DNA of 64,000 nucleotides from Asterias rubens (taxonomy: Eukaryota), in NCBI RefSeq assembly GCF_902459465.1, contig NW_022985699.1:62001-126000 (forward strand), given 5' to 3'. The notes beneath the pieces are model-generated. The model worked only from the letters and a program-made list of their open reading frames with translations. It was not told the origin of the DNA and made no database searches. Below are positions 12,012 through 24,776 of this stretch, piece by piece. The position numbers and the translations under genes are program-made. Position 1 is the first letter of the stretch, and each line of letters opens with the position of its first letter.

Positions 12012-15000
12012 ATCGTTGCCTTGTTTACACACCACAAACACTGAAACAGAGAGACATAATTATAGAAGATAGAATGTAAAACAAATCATTTATAAATTTG
12101 ACAAGATAATCTGATGAAATTATTATTTTGTATCATGGTGTTTCTGATCAGCAGAGAGTGGGTTCAAATCCCAGTCGTGACACCTGGGTCCTTAAGCAAG
12201 ACACTTAAGCATGTTGCCTCGTCCTTCGGATGGGACGTAAAGCTGTTAGTCCCATATGTCGCGTAATACACATAAAAGAACACTTATCGAAAAGAGAAGG
12301 TGTTTGCCCCGGTGTTCCTGGTTTAGTGCCACAGCACCTTGTAAACCATTACATGGTGCTCTAGATGTAAAAGCAGTAGATCTTAATACAAACATAGTCC
12401 CACATTCTTTCAGGACAATGCTGTATGTTCGAGCGCCTTGAGCGTCACTTATGGGTATGCGCACTTTATAAGAAGCCACTACTTATTTATTTATTTGAGG
12501 TTGTCTGGTGTCTGTACCTCATACTGTACATCCATTTGATCGTTGCTTTATTTATATCACAAACGTTTTATGCGTGGACTTTCTACGTTACCTCTGGTTT
12601 GAGTCGATGTCTTGCTTCTCTTGGACACCTCCTCTGTAATTAGGTCCAGAGACTTGGATTTGTTCACTTCATCAATCGGAATGTCTGACTCGCAAGTTTA
12701 AGGACTAGTAATAAACCAATCATCATTACATGGTCGTTGTCATAAAGTTTGCATCTACACACCTAAACTGTTGGACCCTATGGTGGTACATGTATGCCTA
12801 ATCCCATGTAAAGCAATAATCAGTTTACTAACTCGTTCAGTCCTCAGTCCAACACCATTCAGTAACTCAAACAACCAAACTGTTGGACTCTGATTATGGT
12901 GGTATGCCCGATCCCATGTAAAGAAAAAATCAGGGCCCAATTTCATAAAGCTGTTAAGCAAAAAGTACCACTTGAAGCTTAGCAAAAACTGAGTGGGGCA
13001 CCAGTCACAACAATGTAAACTTGATTTACTTTTGGCTGGCAGCCTGTTTCTGTTGAGCAATACTTTTCTGTGCTTAGCAAATATTTCTGCTTACAGGCTT
13101 TACTAGTGCAGTTTACTAGTGCAGTCCTCAGTCCATCACCATACAGTAACTCAACACCCAAACTGTTGAACTCTTATGGTTGTATGCCTGATCCCATGTA
13201 AAGCACAGTCAGTTTACTAGTGCAGTACGTAGTTCAACATAACCAAGTAAAACAGGCAGTTGAACTTTGAAGGGTTGGGGTGGGTGAATGAATGATTTAA
13301 ACATCTGATTTGCAAGGATACTAATAAAATTTGGCAATCTGCAGATCTCAAATTCCACTGCAGGTCTGACATCAAGTAAAACTGGTACATCGTCGATATT
13401 GTCCTCTCGTAAAACTACCGAAAGGTCCTTCACACTCACTCGATCTTCAGCTGATAGAAGAAGAAGGCTAATGCACTGCAAAAACAAAAAGAACACCCTT
13501 GCATACACAAAACACTATGCTGAGGTCACGCACACATTTTTACTGCATATTTTTACGCACAAAGAACGGCTATTGTCCAATGATCTGCCTCCTTTTGGCC
13601 TCGGAGATGGCTCTCTTTGTGACATTGTACGCAAGGGGTTTATAAAATTAATTGTTTTAGGTATTTTTTGTGGCATTCTTGGTTGAGCGGTCTAGTTCAC
13701 CGGACCCAAGCTGTGGTGTTGTCAGCAGTAGAGTGTTGGTTCGATACCCAGTCGTGACACTTGTGCACTTGAGCGAGGCACTTAACCATAATTGCTTTGT
13801 AAAAAGTTGGGGAGGTAGTGCATTCGGCTCTACCAGCCAGGTTCCTAGTGGATGATACCCATGCCTACATCTTTACATACTGTGAAGGGGGTCTACCTTT
13901 AAGCTCTTGCAAACAAAACCAGCCTTCTAGGTCAACTGAAGTGACAAATGGTCATTTAAATGTCAGAGGTCAAATGTCATGCTTACTTTATCAGTGGCAC
14001 TTGCTCCACAGAACTGTTCGTAATCAATGAGTTGATGAATGGTGGGGTTGTTACCACACAGGACACAGTTTGGTTGTCTCGGGCGGAGTTTGATTGTACA
14101 CAGCCTTCCGTCTAATGCGTCTAAGATGAGAAGCTTCTGACTGAACGACGCTGTGGAAATTTGAAAAAGTTGGAATAAGTTTCCTTAAAAATAGCTAAAT
14201 TGGCCAACATTTCAAAAGTGGTTTGGACAGAAAGTAAGTAAGTGCCGAATGACTCATTTTGTCCCAAGTGAATGCTCAGTTGTATTAAAGAAAGCAATGC
14301 TATAAAATGTGGAATATTGTGGCGAGTTTTTACAGCATCTACATACTCTCAATTGGCAAATCATCTCGAACAAAGATATTGTCAAAATAGGGAGACCGCC
14401 AACATAGGGTTAGAGAGCTCAGATGGTGGAGCGCCGACACATTAGTTTGGGGGTTGTTGGTTCAAACTCCACTCTAGTAAATTTTTCTTTCTATTCAACC
14501 CAAAATCGAATTAAAATTTGAAAAACTTTTTGTCTCAAAAGTGATGAAGACCAAACCTTCTATTCCAGCAGCTATTTTCACTGCCTCTAAGGCCTGGAAG
14601 CAGCCAATGATTCCTGGAACTGTGAAAGAAAGATAAGAAAATGACTGCAAAACAGCAATATGGATTTCAATGGATGTGCGTTGTTGCGTCACCTTTCTGA
14701 TGACTAGAACTGCTGGCAAGCTAACCAGCCTTTTGTTTTGCCTATCAGTATTTACGTCGAGCGTATTTACGTCAAGCGTATTTCACAGGTTAGCAGGGAG
14801 TGTTTGTTGTGTGTGTGTGTGTGCACTCCACATTACTAGGCATACAAATTCGCTTACACAGCTAGCACAGACATTTTGCACTTGATGATCAGAGAATGGT
14901 GAACGTAAGCGCAGAATTTGGCTGTAAGAGCATAAAATTGGGCCCTGTGCTAAAGGCCATTCTATGTTTACTAGATAGAAGACATCTCCCCTGTACATGG

Positions 15001-18000
15001 TGTTTGATACTAGCCCAAGAACAACACAGCCTAAGAGTAATTTTCGTTTTACCTACTCCTAGGACTCCACCTGATGAGCAGTTAGTGACTGTTTCTGGCG
15101 GAGGTGGCTTGGGATACAGACATCTGTAGCATGGACCACCATTGTAGTTATAAATCGTCAGCTAAAACATAAGAAAAAGGAAAACCACATTGATACTAAT
15201 ACGTACCTGCTTTTTGATAGATATCTACCGGCGTGTCAATGTGCTTATTACTATTTATTTCCAGGCAGGTTATTGAAGTTTTTGAATGATGAGACCCTTT
15301 CATGTCAGGTTTACAAAGTACTGCGGTGCTTTCAGCAGCCACTGCCAAAAACACAGCGACAAACCCTTACTCGTAGTGATAAGTGTAGCTGTTTTTTTTG
15401 ACATTACACAACACACAGGACCAACCGCTATAGGTCCATACTGAAGGACAAAGCAGTAATGGTTCTTGCTAAAGGACTGGACTCGAACCCATACTCTGCT
15501 GATCAGAAACACCAGAGCTTGAGTAAAGTGTGCTTGACCGCTTGGCAATGACACGCCAACACAATGTCTTGGGGCAGATGTTTACAGAAGTACAATGTGT
15601 TATGACCGCTTGGCAATGACACGCCAATACAATGTCTTGGGGCAGATGTTTACAGAAGTACAATGTGTTAGATTAACAAATAATTGTCAAACTATCCGAG
15701 AAAGTCTGGTACCTGTCCTTCAAATCTGAGCGCACTCCCCGAGACCAGCGGCTTCCCTGCCAAGACACAGGCATCGTTTAGGAGATAACGAGTCGCCACG
15801 TTGTCAGTGCAGTCAAGCACTATGTCATATGTGAGCTGACAGGTTGCATTAAGGCTGTTCTGTAAAAGATTTTGCCCTTATGGAAGGTTTATGTTTGGTA
15901 ATCTCTCGTAAAATTAATGACAATAACAGTTTTTTTCTAAGGATGTAGGCAAGGGTATCATCCACTATGAGGCTGCCTGGTAGAGCAGAGTGCACTTTCT
16001 TCGAAGCAATTATAGTAAGGTGCGTTGCTAAAGGTTTCAAATGACATGAACTGGATTCGAACCCAAGCTTGGTGAACTTGACTGCTTGGCCATGACAATG
16101 ACATGACTTACGGTGTGAACATGCTTATATTTTCCAAGTATTCAAAGGATATTTCTTGATGACATCCATTGCATTCCCGCTGTCTAGTTGCATATGGTGA
16201 GGTACGCAGACAACCGCTGAATTTAATCTAAGCAAATAAAAACCAAAGAAATAATTATAAAAATTGGTACTGGTATTTTTCTACATTTTGTTGATATTGT
16301 GTACGAAAAAGCCTTTGGAGCACTACGATTGCCCACATTCTGTAAACTACATAACTTGATTCCTTCCTCCTAGACTGCCTGGCCACGATACCACATCCCA
16401 AGTAGGGTAACATTGTATCATGGACAGGAGCGCTGCTGGCCCCCGAGAGCCACCTCTCCGACGAGTGTAACGCTCGTGGGAGACGGAGCGCCGCTGGCCC
16501 CCACGAGCCACCTCTCCGACGAGTGCCTCCGACTCTGCACTTTGCCGTGCACCCAGAACACCGTCTTTCCACCAAGTCGGGGCCCCGTGCCGGGCCCCGA
16601 CTGCAGTCGGGCGAGAGCCCTGCAGCCCTCCTCGACCCAAGAAAGAAAGATACACAGAGCCTGAGATGTATACCTTGAAACACTTGCAGAGATTGATTGT
16701 GATTTAGGTCTTCCGATTCTATCCTCGGTGTGAAGAATCTGTCGATGGAGGTTGCCCAACTCTACCTCATCATAGTCCACTACACCGAGCTGGCCTGCAT
16801 ATCAAAACATTCAAATTGTCAGTACTGATGTTAAAGCTGCATCGGGGATAAAGAATATTATGTGGTATTACCACTGTGAAACTCTGTACTTTCCTGAGGT
16901 CTGTGAACAAAAATCACAAGCATATTACTCGGGTGGGATTCGACCTTTGCCAATGTAGAGCAGATGTTTATACTAGTTGTAATAAGATGTCTGCTCTAAA
17001 TTATATTCCAAGCCCGACTTTTAATGGTTGTAAGTCATCTGACTGGCACCCTTAACAAAGACAAAGACATGGAGACCGCCAACAAAGGGCTAGATAGCTC
17101 AGTTGATCCCAAGGGTTGTTGGTATGAGTCCCAATCTAGTATTAAGAGTTGGGGAAGATCCGAGTATATCTGTAAAACTGAAGAATTACACCTGGTTTTT
17201 TTTAACATCATACATCAAAAGACACAAGCCCTTAGCAAGAGCATACCTATCCCTGCTGCAGCCAGGTAGATGGCTGCAGGGCATCCCAGTCCACCTGCAC
17301 CAACAATCAGAACGGAACTGTTACATAACCTCAGCTGACCTGAAAATAACAAATAACAAGGATTAATACGAGTTCTTATACACAGTACTTTGTTCTCAAG
17401 ATGAGCATCTGGGCACTTTGTCCTTGGATTGGGCGCCGTTGAGCTCTGTTTGTTTGATGTGAATTTGGTGGGAAAGATATTTTCCAATATTGTGGAATGT
17501 GAGTAATTTCATGACAGAACACAGTCCGATATTTTGTAGAAACAAATTCTATTCTACAACCCAAAAAGGCTGGACTGAATATTCCACTGGTTGTAGTTCA
17601 AGAGTCAGATTTGTGTGTTTTTAATCACTACTCACTAATTAAAACACACAGTATTTTTGTGCCCGAGCAACTTTTAAAAAGAATAACAATTTCACCTTTG
17701 ACACCAATTTCCGGGAGGATGAGCTGTCGACTGTATCGCTCTATGCTGGTGTTGTCAAGCTTCTCTTTTTTTGTCTTGAAATCAGATTTAGGCAACTGAT
17801 GTTCCACATTATCTCCCTGCACCTTAAAAATTAGTGAACATAAAAATTAGCTCTTGCAAACTGCTTACCAACACCCAAAAACCTATGGTATAATTGCAAA
17901 ATATAGCATGGCCTGTTTCGACCCCAGCAGTCTTTTTCAAGACAGACTCTGCCAGGGTCAAAACGTCTTTAACTATTTTTGGTGAAAAAAAAACTTCACA

Positions 18001-19097
18001 AGATGTGCAATACATTACAAATTTAAAGTATTTGTCATGGCATAAAGGCCAAGACTTAGAGGCAACCAGAGACCATGCCCTCCAGGCCATGGCCCTCGTC
18101 TAATTCCAGCCCTGAAAGATTGGGGTCCTACTACTTGCCGTCAACTCACTTGCGCCGTCAACTCGCCGTCAACTCCTCTAAAATACATTTAAAATCCACA
18201 AAAGAAGCATAGAACTGTAAAGTATCAGCTCAAAGAGAATTCGCGTTAGTTTTAGGTCATATTTCGGAATAAAATTTGAGTTTTTTTCTCGTGACAAAAA
18301 TTATCTTAAAGCAGCAAAACCGTCGACCGCCATCTTGCTTTTTTCACATTGATTAGTCTTGGCCCAAGATGTCAATGATTGGTACTTTTTTTTATTAACA
18401 CAAAGTCGTTTTTGTGAATGAATTTTTACCGAAAACCATGAGAAATATGTAGTTTAGCCCAGACTTAACACTTCCGTGTCCCTTTTATAGATTTTTCATG
18501 TAAACTTAATGAGTTGACGGCGAGTTGACGGCAAGTCGGAGAGTTGACGGCAAGTAGTAGGACCGAAAGATTGTGGGTAGCGGTACAAGTGGCACTATCA
18601 GGCCTGTATGCTTCGTTTTTTAAAGGAAAGGGCACCAAGGCATTTTCTCCTTGTTAAAGGAAACAAAATTGTAAATTTCTACTGGAGCATTTCAAGGGCA
18701 CCAAGGCAATGACCAATCGCCTTCATTGCCTCCTTGAAGTATCGGGCAATGGTGCTGGTTCCAAACTTAGAACATGCTAGAACCGGGTAACTGTTGGAAC
18801 CCCCCCCCCAACATTGGAACCCCCCCCCCAGCCTTCTTGCAAAAACAATTCATTATAACTTAGAAAGTGAACAGTCAGGGCAGAGAATCCTAGTATAGTT
18901 ACAATAATTCGCCGGAGCCTTACAATTATTGTAACTAAGAGGATCCTAGTCCATAAATTAATACTTACTCCCTCCAACTTTCTTGTACTTGTTTTTGGGC
19001 CGTCTTGTTCGCACAGTCTTCTCTTCAGTACGTTGATTTCTTTGTGAGCTTCAGCTAGCTGAGCTCGCAGCATCTCCAGTTCACTCTGCTCAGCCAT
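11889..19097 (-). CDS. MOCS3: Adenylyltransferase and sulfurtransferase MOCS3/UBA4 (465 aa, 12 exons)
   Basis: Exons 19097-18969, 17822-17696, 17339-17247, 16794-16674, 16227-16153, 15830-15713, 15161-15053, 14619-14557, 14150-13987, 13475-13322, 12684-12592, 12040-11889 (1398 nt, all phases consistent). Motifs: [64 protein letters not shown] zinc site, and rhodanese [24 protein letters not shown]...DPDFPKY*. Confidence 0.96.
12685..13321 (-). other. U12-type GT-AG intron (MOCS3 intron 10)
   Basis: 5' site GTATCCTTG; branch TCCTTAAAC at 12704-12696 close to CAG; no pyrimidine tract. Splicing gives PNFI-N-IPID. Confidence 0.88.
15831..16152 (-). other. U12-type AT-AC intron (MOCS3 intron 5)
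   Basis: 5' site ATATCCTTTG at 16152; branch-like GCCTTAAT at 15855-15848; ends in AC at 15832-15831. Splicing gives VIK-K-YDIVLD. Confidence 0.93.
18123..18564. mobile_element. Mutator/foldback-like non-autonomous element in MOCS3 intron 1
   Basis: TIR GGTCCTACTACTTGCCGTCAACTC with three GCCGTCAACTC-type subrepeats per end; exact 9-bp duplication GAAAGATTG at 18114-18122 and 18565-18573. Confidence 0.85.
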
Positions 19098-19764
19098 TTG
19101 TTGAATTGGTGACAACTTCTATTCTAATATAAATTGTAAAACAAAACTATTTTTGTTGTAAAAAATTGTAAAAATTTAACAAAAGAACTAATGAATCAGC
19201 AAGTGTAACACAAGTACCAAGTAGAAATAACTAAGTAACTAATCAACCAAGTAAGTAAACAAAACATAAAGTCAGTAGTGCCGATTTCATTATAAGAAAA
19301 TGTAAACAAACCCACATGGCATGTTTGGATGGCCATGTCGTGTGGGTTTGTTTACTTTTTCTTTTTAGTAGCGTTGGTTGAATCTGGAAGCATTAACTTG
19401 AAATGTTTTAATAAATCGAAACCAGCATTTTAATAATTAACATCAGACGGTAGCCAATGAATCTATATCTCATCAATACTATGATTTATAGGCATAATAA
19501 AAGCTCTATACAAGCCGCAGTCAAGTACTAAAAAGTTGTTTCTTTTACCTTCACATGGAGAGCGCCATCTTGAAATACCGCCCTCTCTTGACAAATATTG
19601 TGCCAATTTGAATGACTTGCACCTAGACTTCCATCACGATCAACCAAGCGTTGATTGGTCCAAGTCACAGACTAAAATGAGAGCCCATACTTTTGCATGC
19701 ACACAAGTAGAGCAGAACATTCATTACTGTCTTCGGTTATTTTTGCTAACTTTATTGTCAAAAT
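19098..19764. promoter_or_regulatory. Putative bidirectional promoter, MOCS3/MRPL48
   Basis: Divergent ATGs 667 bp apart. YY1-type CGCCATCTTG at 19563-19572; CCAAT at 19454 and ATTGG at 19654. Confidence 0.55.
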
Positions 19765-22700
19765 ATGTTGAAACACACGGTATTTAGAAGTCTATTCAGC
19801 AGGAAAGTATACAGCAGACTTAGGTAAGTTTAAATTATCAAACCTTTGCAATTTTTAAACTGTGTAATTAAATTTACACACGATTTTTTTAAGGGAACAT
19901 TTAAAAAAAACAATTGCATATGCAATAATGTCCGCCGGACGGTTTTGCATATGCAATCGTGTCCGCCCGGACACATTTGCATATGCAGTTGTGTCCGCTC
20001 CCGTGCAAAACCGTCCTTGCAGTTAATTAACCGCCCTAGGTCGACAGAACACGTTCAATATTCGGATAACTTGGCGCCACCACTTTTTCACTTATTTTTA
20101 CAAAAATGGATATATCAATGAGGTAAATTAGATACTATATTATTTCATATCGAATGAAAAAGTGGTGGCGCCATGCGGAAACTTTTCCCAATATTCTTTT
20201 GTTCAAGCTAATTATAAGGGCATGTCATGAATGAATGACATTTGTTGACATGGGATTGGAAATGTTTGGCCGTTGGATATTCGCTGAAATCATAAAATAC
20301 ATGAATATTCATGCTGCATAATACATTATATGTAGGTTCAGTGCGTCCACGCTCGCTTACGCGCGCACATACATTGTCCATCGAACGGTTTTTGCGTAGC
20401 CCCGGACACGATTGCATATGCACAAGTGTCCGGAGCGGACAGTATTGCATGGCGGACACAATTGCATCTGACACCAAATTAGATTAGAGGAAGGTTTGTT
20501 GAATTTGTTAATGCATTTGTACTCTAGTGCATTGCACACATTGAAGGAGGAGCACAACGTCTGAAACAAAGTGGTGTTCCAAATCTACTCGATCCTAGAA
20601 CAGTAGTATGAGGTGCCTCCCGCTATCGTCTGGGTTCTAGGAGTACATGGAGTATGTTTGATCCAGATAAATTTGAAATGAATTTCTGTCCGACTAGCCC
20701 GACTCAAAAATGTGTCGAGATTTGCTCTATTTTTATCATGTTCAAAAATCAAAACACATATGGTGACAGGATTCCTGGTGACATCTTGAGGACCCATTTT
20801 TTTTTAAATTGTTGCAATTGGTTTAAATATACTCTATCTATAACTTCTCTCAGAATAATGAAGATATGTTCCTTGAATGAAGTTTATAAACTCAAAAAGC
20901 AAGCTTGTTACCAAAAGAAGAAAAACAAAATTAAACATACCTTCTTATTCATTTTGATTATAGTTTCAGCAATGACTCTGTATTCACCCACAGATACAGG
21001 GTGCATTTTGGTTAGCTTCCCCAGCTCTACCCCGCAGGGCTCATTCAGGTGAGCCCCTGACAAGAGCTAATCGAACGATCACTCGCCCTCTCGTGTTGAC
21101 GTCTAGCACATCGGGCCAGCACCAAGTGACCCGTCCCACAAGCAGGGCACTTGGGGCTGACCCGGGTGAGCCCCCTGGAATGACATCAAAGCTATAGGAA
21201 CGCACCGGGAGGCATATCAAGGTCGACCCGGCGGGAAGCTAATCCAATGCACCGGTAGATATAGGGTATAAACGTACACTCAACGAAAATTTACTTTTGA
21301 TTTCTACAGGAGTGGCAGGTTACTAGCAGTGGTTCATCCTGCTCGTCAAATCAGTAACTATGAAGATGAAATTGAAGATGTAAGTTTCTTATTGTCATTG
21401 AATTAATCCAGCTACCACTGTCTTGGAGAGTGTCACCAATCAGCATTGCTCTCCTGTACACTTTCTCAGAGATTGTCAGGTAGCTAGAAGCAGTTCCAGT
21501 TCCTATTCGAACTGCCTCTAGCTACCTGGGCCCAATTTCATAGAGCTGTATGAAATTACTTCCTTGATAAAAATAGGATTACAAACCAAATTTCCACGTG
21601 ATTTTCGGGATAAGTAAACAACAGCTGAATACCAGTAACAAGAAATATGCAACAAATGGAAATTTGATTGTTAATCCTGTTTTCATCAAGGAAGAAATTT
21701 CATGCTAAGCAAATTTTTGTGCTTAGCAGCTCTCTGAAATTGGGCCCTGGTCTACAGTAGTTGGTAAGACACTGCTCTAGAATTGCAAGGGTCGTGGGTT
21801 CGAATCCCACCCGAGTAATATGCCTGTGATGTCTTTTACAGAAATCGGAAAAAGTACTGATTATACAGTGCTAACACACATCGGTGTAAGGGTCAAAACC
21901 CAATTTTACCAAGAAACAATTTTTATTACTGTAATATTTGTTCACTGTATTGGTACCTCATATAATTTCTAATAAATAAATAGTAATTATGCGATTGAAA
22001 ACTGTCATTTTCGAGCAAGCTTTATTTGATCTCGAAGATTTCATTGTTCAATTAAGTAAAAAAAAACTAACACTGTGTGTAATGTTAACTAAACGTGACT
22101 TCTTTCTCTCGTCCAGCTCAAAATACAGCAGATACCTGAGCAGGTTATTCCTGAACCCAGTGACTCTAGAGTCCATGAGATCATGAACTTCTTCATTCAG
22201 GGGTATGATTGTTCGGCTGTAGAGCACTACGCTCAGTACACCCACAACCTGGCCAAGAACATGGATCTTATGATATTTGACAGGTAACATTGTCTCAATT
22301 ATATATGAAACTAGTCTTAGTTAGTAACCAATATGACTTTCCAAATTTTCTTTTCAAGAAACTGTGGGACTTTAAGTCTTACAAAATATCGCTCAAAATT
22401 TGTCCATTTCGGTCCAAATATTATATTTATACATGATTTACAAGTCATTGCGTCACACCATAGCTCCATGGAATTAGGCCCTGGATTGACTAACGGCATA
22501 ACATTATAATTTTGACTGTTTGTTATTTTCCAGTTATGCAATGCCCACCAAGAGGACTCTGGTACACACATTACAGACTCCAGGTCTCAAGGATAATATG
22601 AAGCCCAGAGACTTCACAATCAAAACCCATGAAAGAGTCATACAGGTAAAGACAGTGTTGTACACTCGCTCAGTATCTCAACCCTCTGGAACCCATTTAA

Positions 22701-24776
22701 CCCTGGATGATGAGAAGCAATATAGCTATAGAAGTATCTTGACTATGGACATGAGTGTCACGACCAGGGGATTTGAACCCACACTCTAACGACTCAGCCA
22801 CCAGGGGCCCAATTTCATAGAGCTGCTTAAAAGCAAAAAATGTGCTTAAAGGCAGTGGACACTATTGGTAATTGTCAAAGACTAGCCTTCACAGTTGGTG
22901 TATCTCAACATATGCATAAAATAACAAACCTGTGAAAATTAGAGCTCAATCGGTCATCGAACTTGCGAGATAATAATGAAAGAAAAAACACCCTTGCCAC
23001 ACGAAGTTGTGTGCGTTTAGATGGTTGATTTTGTGACCTCAAGTTCTAAATCTGAGGTCTCGAAATCAAATTCGTGGAAAATTACTTCTTTCTCGAAAAC
23101 TACGTCACTTACGAAATACCCGTTTCGCACAATGTTTTATACCATCAACCTCTCCCCATTACTCGTCACCAAGTAAGGTTTTATGCCAATAATTTTGTTG
23201 AGTAATTACCGATAGTGTCCACTGCCTTTAAGCACGAAAATAGCTCGCTTATTTTTCACATGTTACTGGCAAAAATTTCGTGCCATATACATTGCTTGTG
23301 ACTGGTATTTAGCTGTTGTTAACTTAGCATAACAATTGAGTGGAGTCTTGGCCGGTAATCTGATTCTACTAAGCAAGGATTCTTTTGCTTAAGCAAAATT
23401 TTGTGCTTAAGCAGCTCTATGAAATTGGGCGCAGAGCTTGAGTTTGATGCACTAGACTGTGGCCCTGATTCAATTCTGGCTACTTGTATAAGGCCATTAT
23501 GTGAGTTGTGTGTTGGTTCTCTTCTATGCCTCAAAAGAGTTTTCTTCAGGGCCCTCCGGATTTCCTCCCTTTCCTCCCTCCACTTTCAATCTCTGGCTGT
23601 GCTCTGTGTTCATATCTGGGTCGATGTGGCTGGCTGCCAAAGGCGCCCTGCCATGCGAGCAGCTCGAACACATTGTGGCCGATTTTTTGGCAAGGATGTA
23701 AGGATGATTACCCTCCCAAATTATTATTTATGACATTCTACAAAGATAGTTTTCATTTTGAATAGATCATAACCATATCATTAATGTATTGGTTACTCTG
23801 AAAGAAGCCCAGTGGTTTGTTCTGAAAGTTTTGACCAAGCCACATTAGGCAAATGCTTTTCATTGCTTTGTGCATCGTCTTCATTAGTTCTATTTCTGCG
23901 ATTATTTCTTTAGTTACAAGAACTTCAAGGGACGATAGCACCCATTTTTCTTGAATTACTCCAAGTGAATCTACCAGAAGGAGTTACGCTTAAAGTAGAA
24001 CCGGTAAATATCTCATTATTAACCCTCCCACTGTTTGACCATTCAATATTATCCACTGTTGTTATGAATGCGTGATAAACCATGCTAGTCTTCAATATGA
24101 TATTATGCAGTGAATGCATCTACACAGTCAACCCTCCTACTGTCTGACCAATCAATACATCCACTGTTGTTAAACAATAGCTACACTCTGCCAGCGTGCA
24201 ATATGATGTTATGTTGTGAATGCATACACAGTACACAGTCAACCCTCCCACTGTCTGCTCATTCAATATCGTCTGTTGTTTTGAATGATAGATGAATTAT
24301 GCGATACAATATAAGACAGTGAATGCATACACAGTACCTAGTCAACCCTCCTACTGTCTGACCAATCTATATCATCCACTGTGGTCTTGAATGATAGATA
24401 AACTATGACAGCCTGCAATATGTCATGTGGTGAAAGCACCTACATGTACACAGTACACAGTCAACCCTCCTACCACTTGCCCAATTAACATAATCCACTG
24501 TGGTATTGAATGATAGATCAACCATGACAGCCTGCCATGTGATACCATGCAGTAAATGCATCTACACAGTACTCAGTCAACCCTCCTACTGTTTGACCAA
24601 CTAACATCATCCACTGTGGTCTTGCAATATGATACATTGTGATGAATTACACGAACACATTGATCATTACTTCCACCAATGTTTTCTCCTATTATTTTTG
24701 TTCTTGTCTGTAGCACACACAGTACCACAACACGCAGAGATATATACAGAAAGAAATACCCAAGGATCTTTTGTGA
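19765..24776 (+). CDS. MRPL48: Mitochondrial large-subunit ribosomal protein mL48 (186 aa)
   Basis: Exons 19765-19823, 21310-21379, 22117-22283, 22534-22645, 23914-24003, 24714-24776 (561 nt, phases consistent). Arg/Ser-rich transit-like N-terminus, then GYD...VEHYAQYTHNL, SYAMPTK, THERVIQ, IFLELLQVNLPEGV.LKVE and HT..H...RY. The first two exons and the last exon are less certain. Confidence 0.88.
21529..21746. mobile_element. Harbinger-like MITE, family B (TIR GGCCCAATTTCAT, CWG target duplication)
   Basis: CTG on both sides. Other copies at 22805-23431, 37250-37490, 45421-45656 (CTG/CTG), about 46620-46825 and 62872-63119; partial copies near 12934, 43386 and 61227. Confidence 0.8.
22850..23227. 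mobile_element. Non-autonomous DNA transposon, TTAA target duplication (Kolobok-like), family A
   Basis: TIR AGGCAGTGGACACTATTGGTAATT at both ends, TTAA at 22846-22849 and 23228-23231. AG...CT termini with a TTAA duplication fit Kolobok. Confidence 0.85.
24010..24650 (+). repeat. Diverged ~115-bp tandem repeat in the last MRPL48 intron
   Basis: Five to six units containing CAGTCAACCCTCCTACTG...ATCCACTGTG. Confidence 0.85.

Noticed and set aside
20964-21000. 37-nt segment that could be a mutually exclusive MRPL48 exon (phase 2 to 0, like 21310-21379)
   Set aside because: Its weak donor GTGCAT is simply the terminal repeat of the MITE at 21000-21253. The model using 21310-21379 has strong splice sites and needs nothing more.
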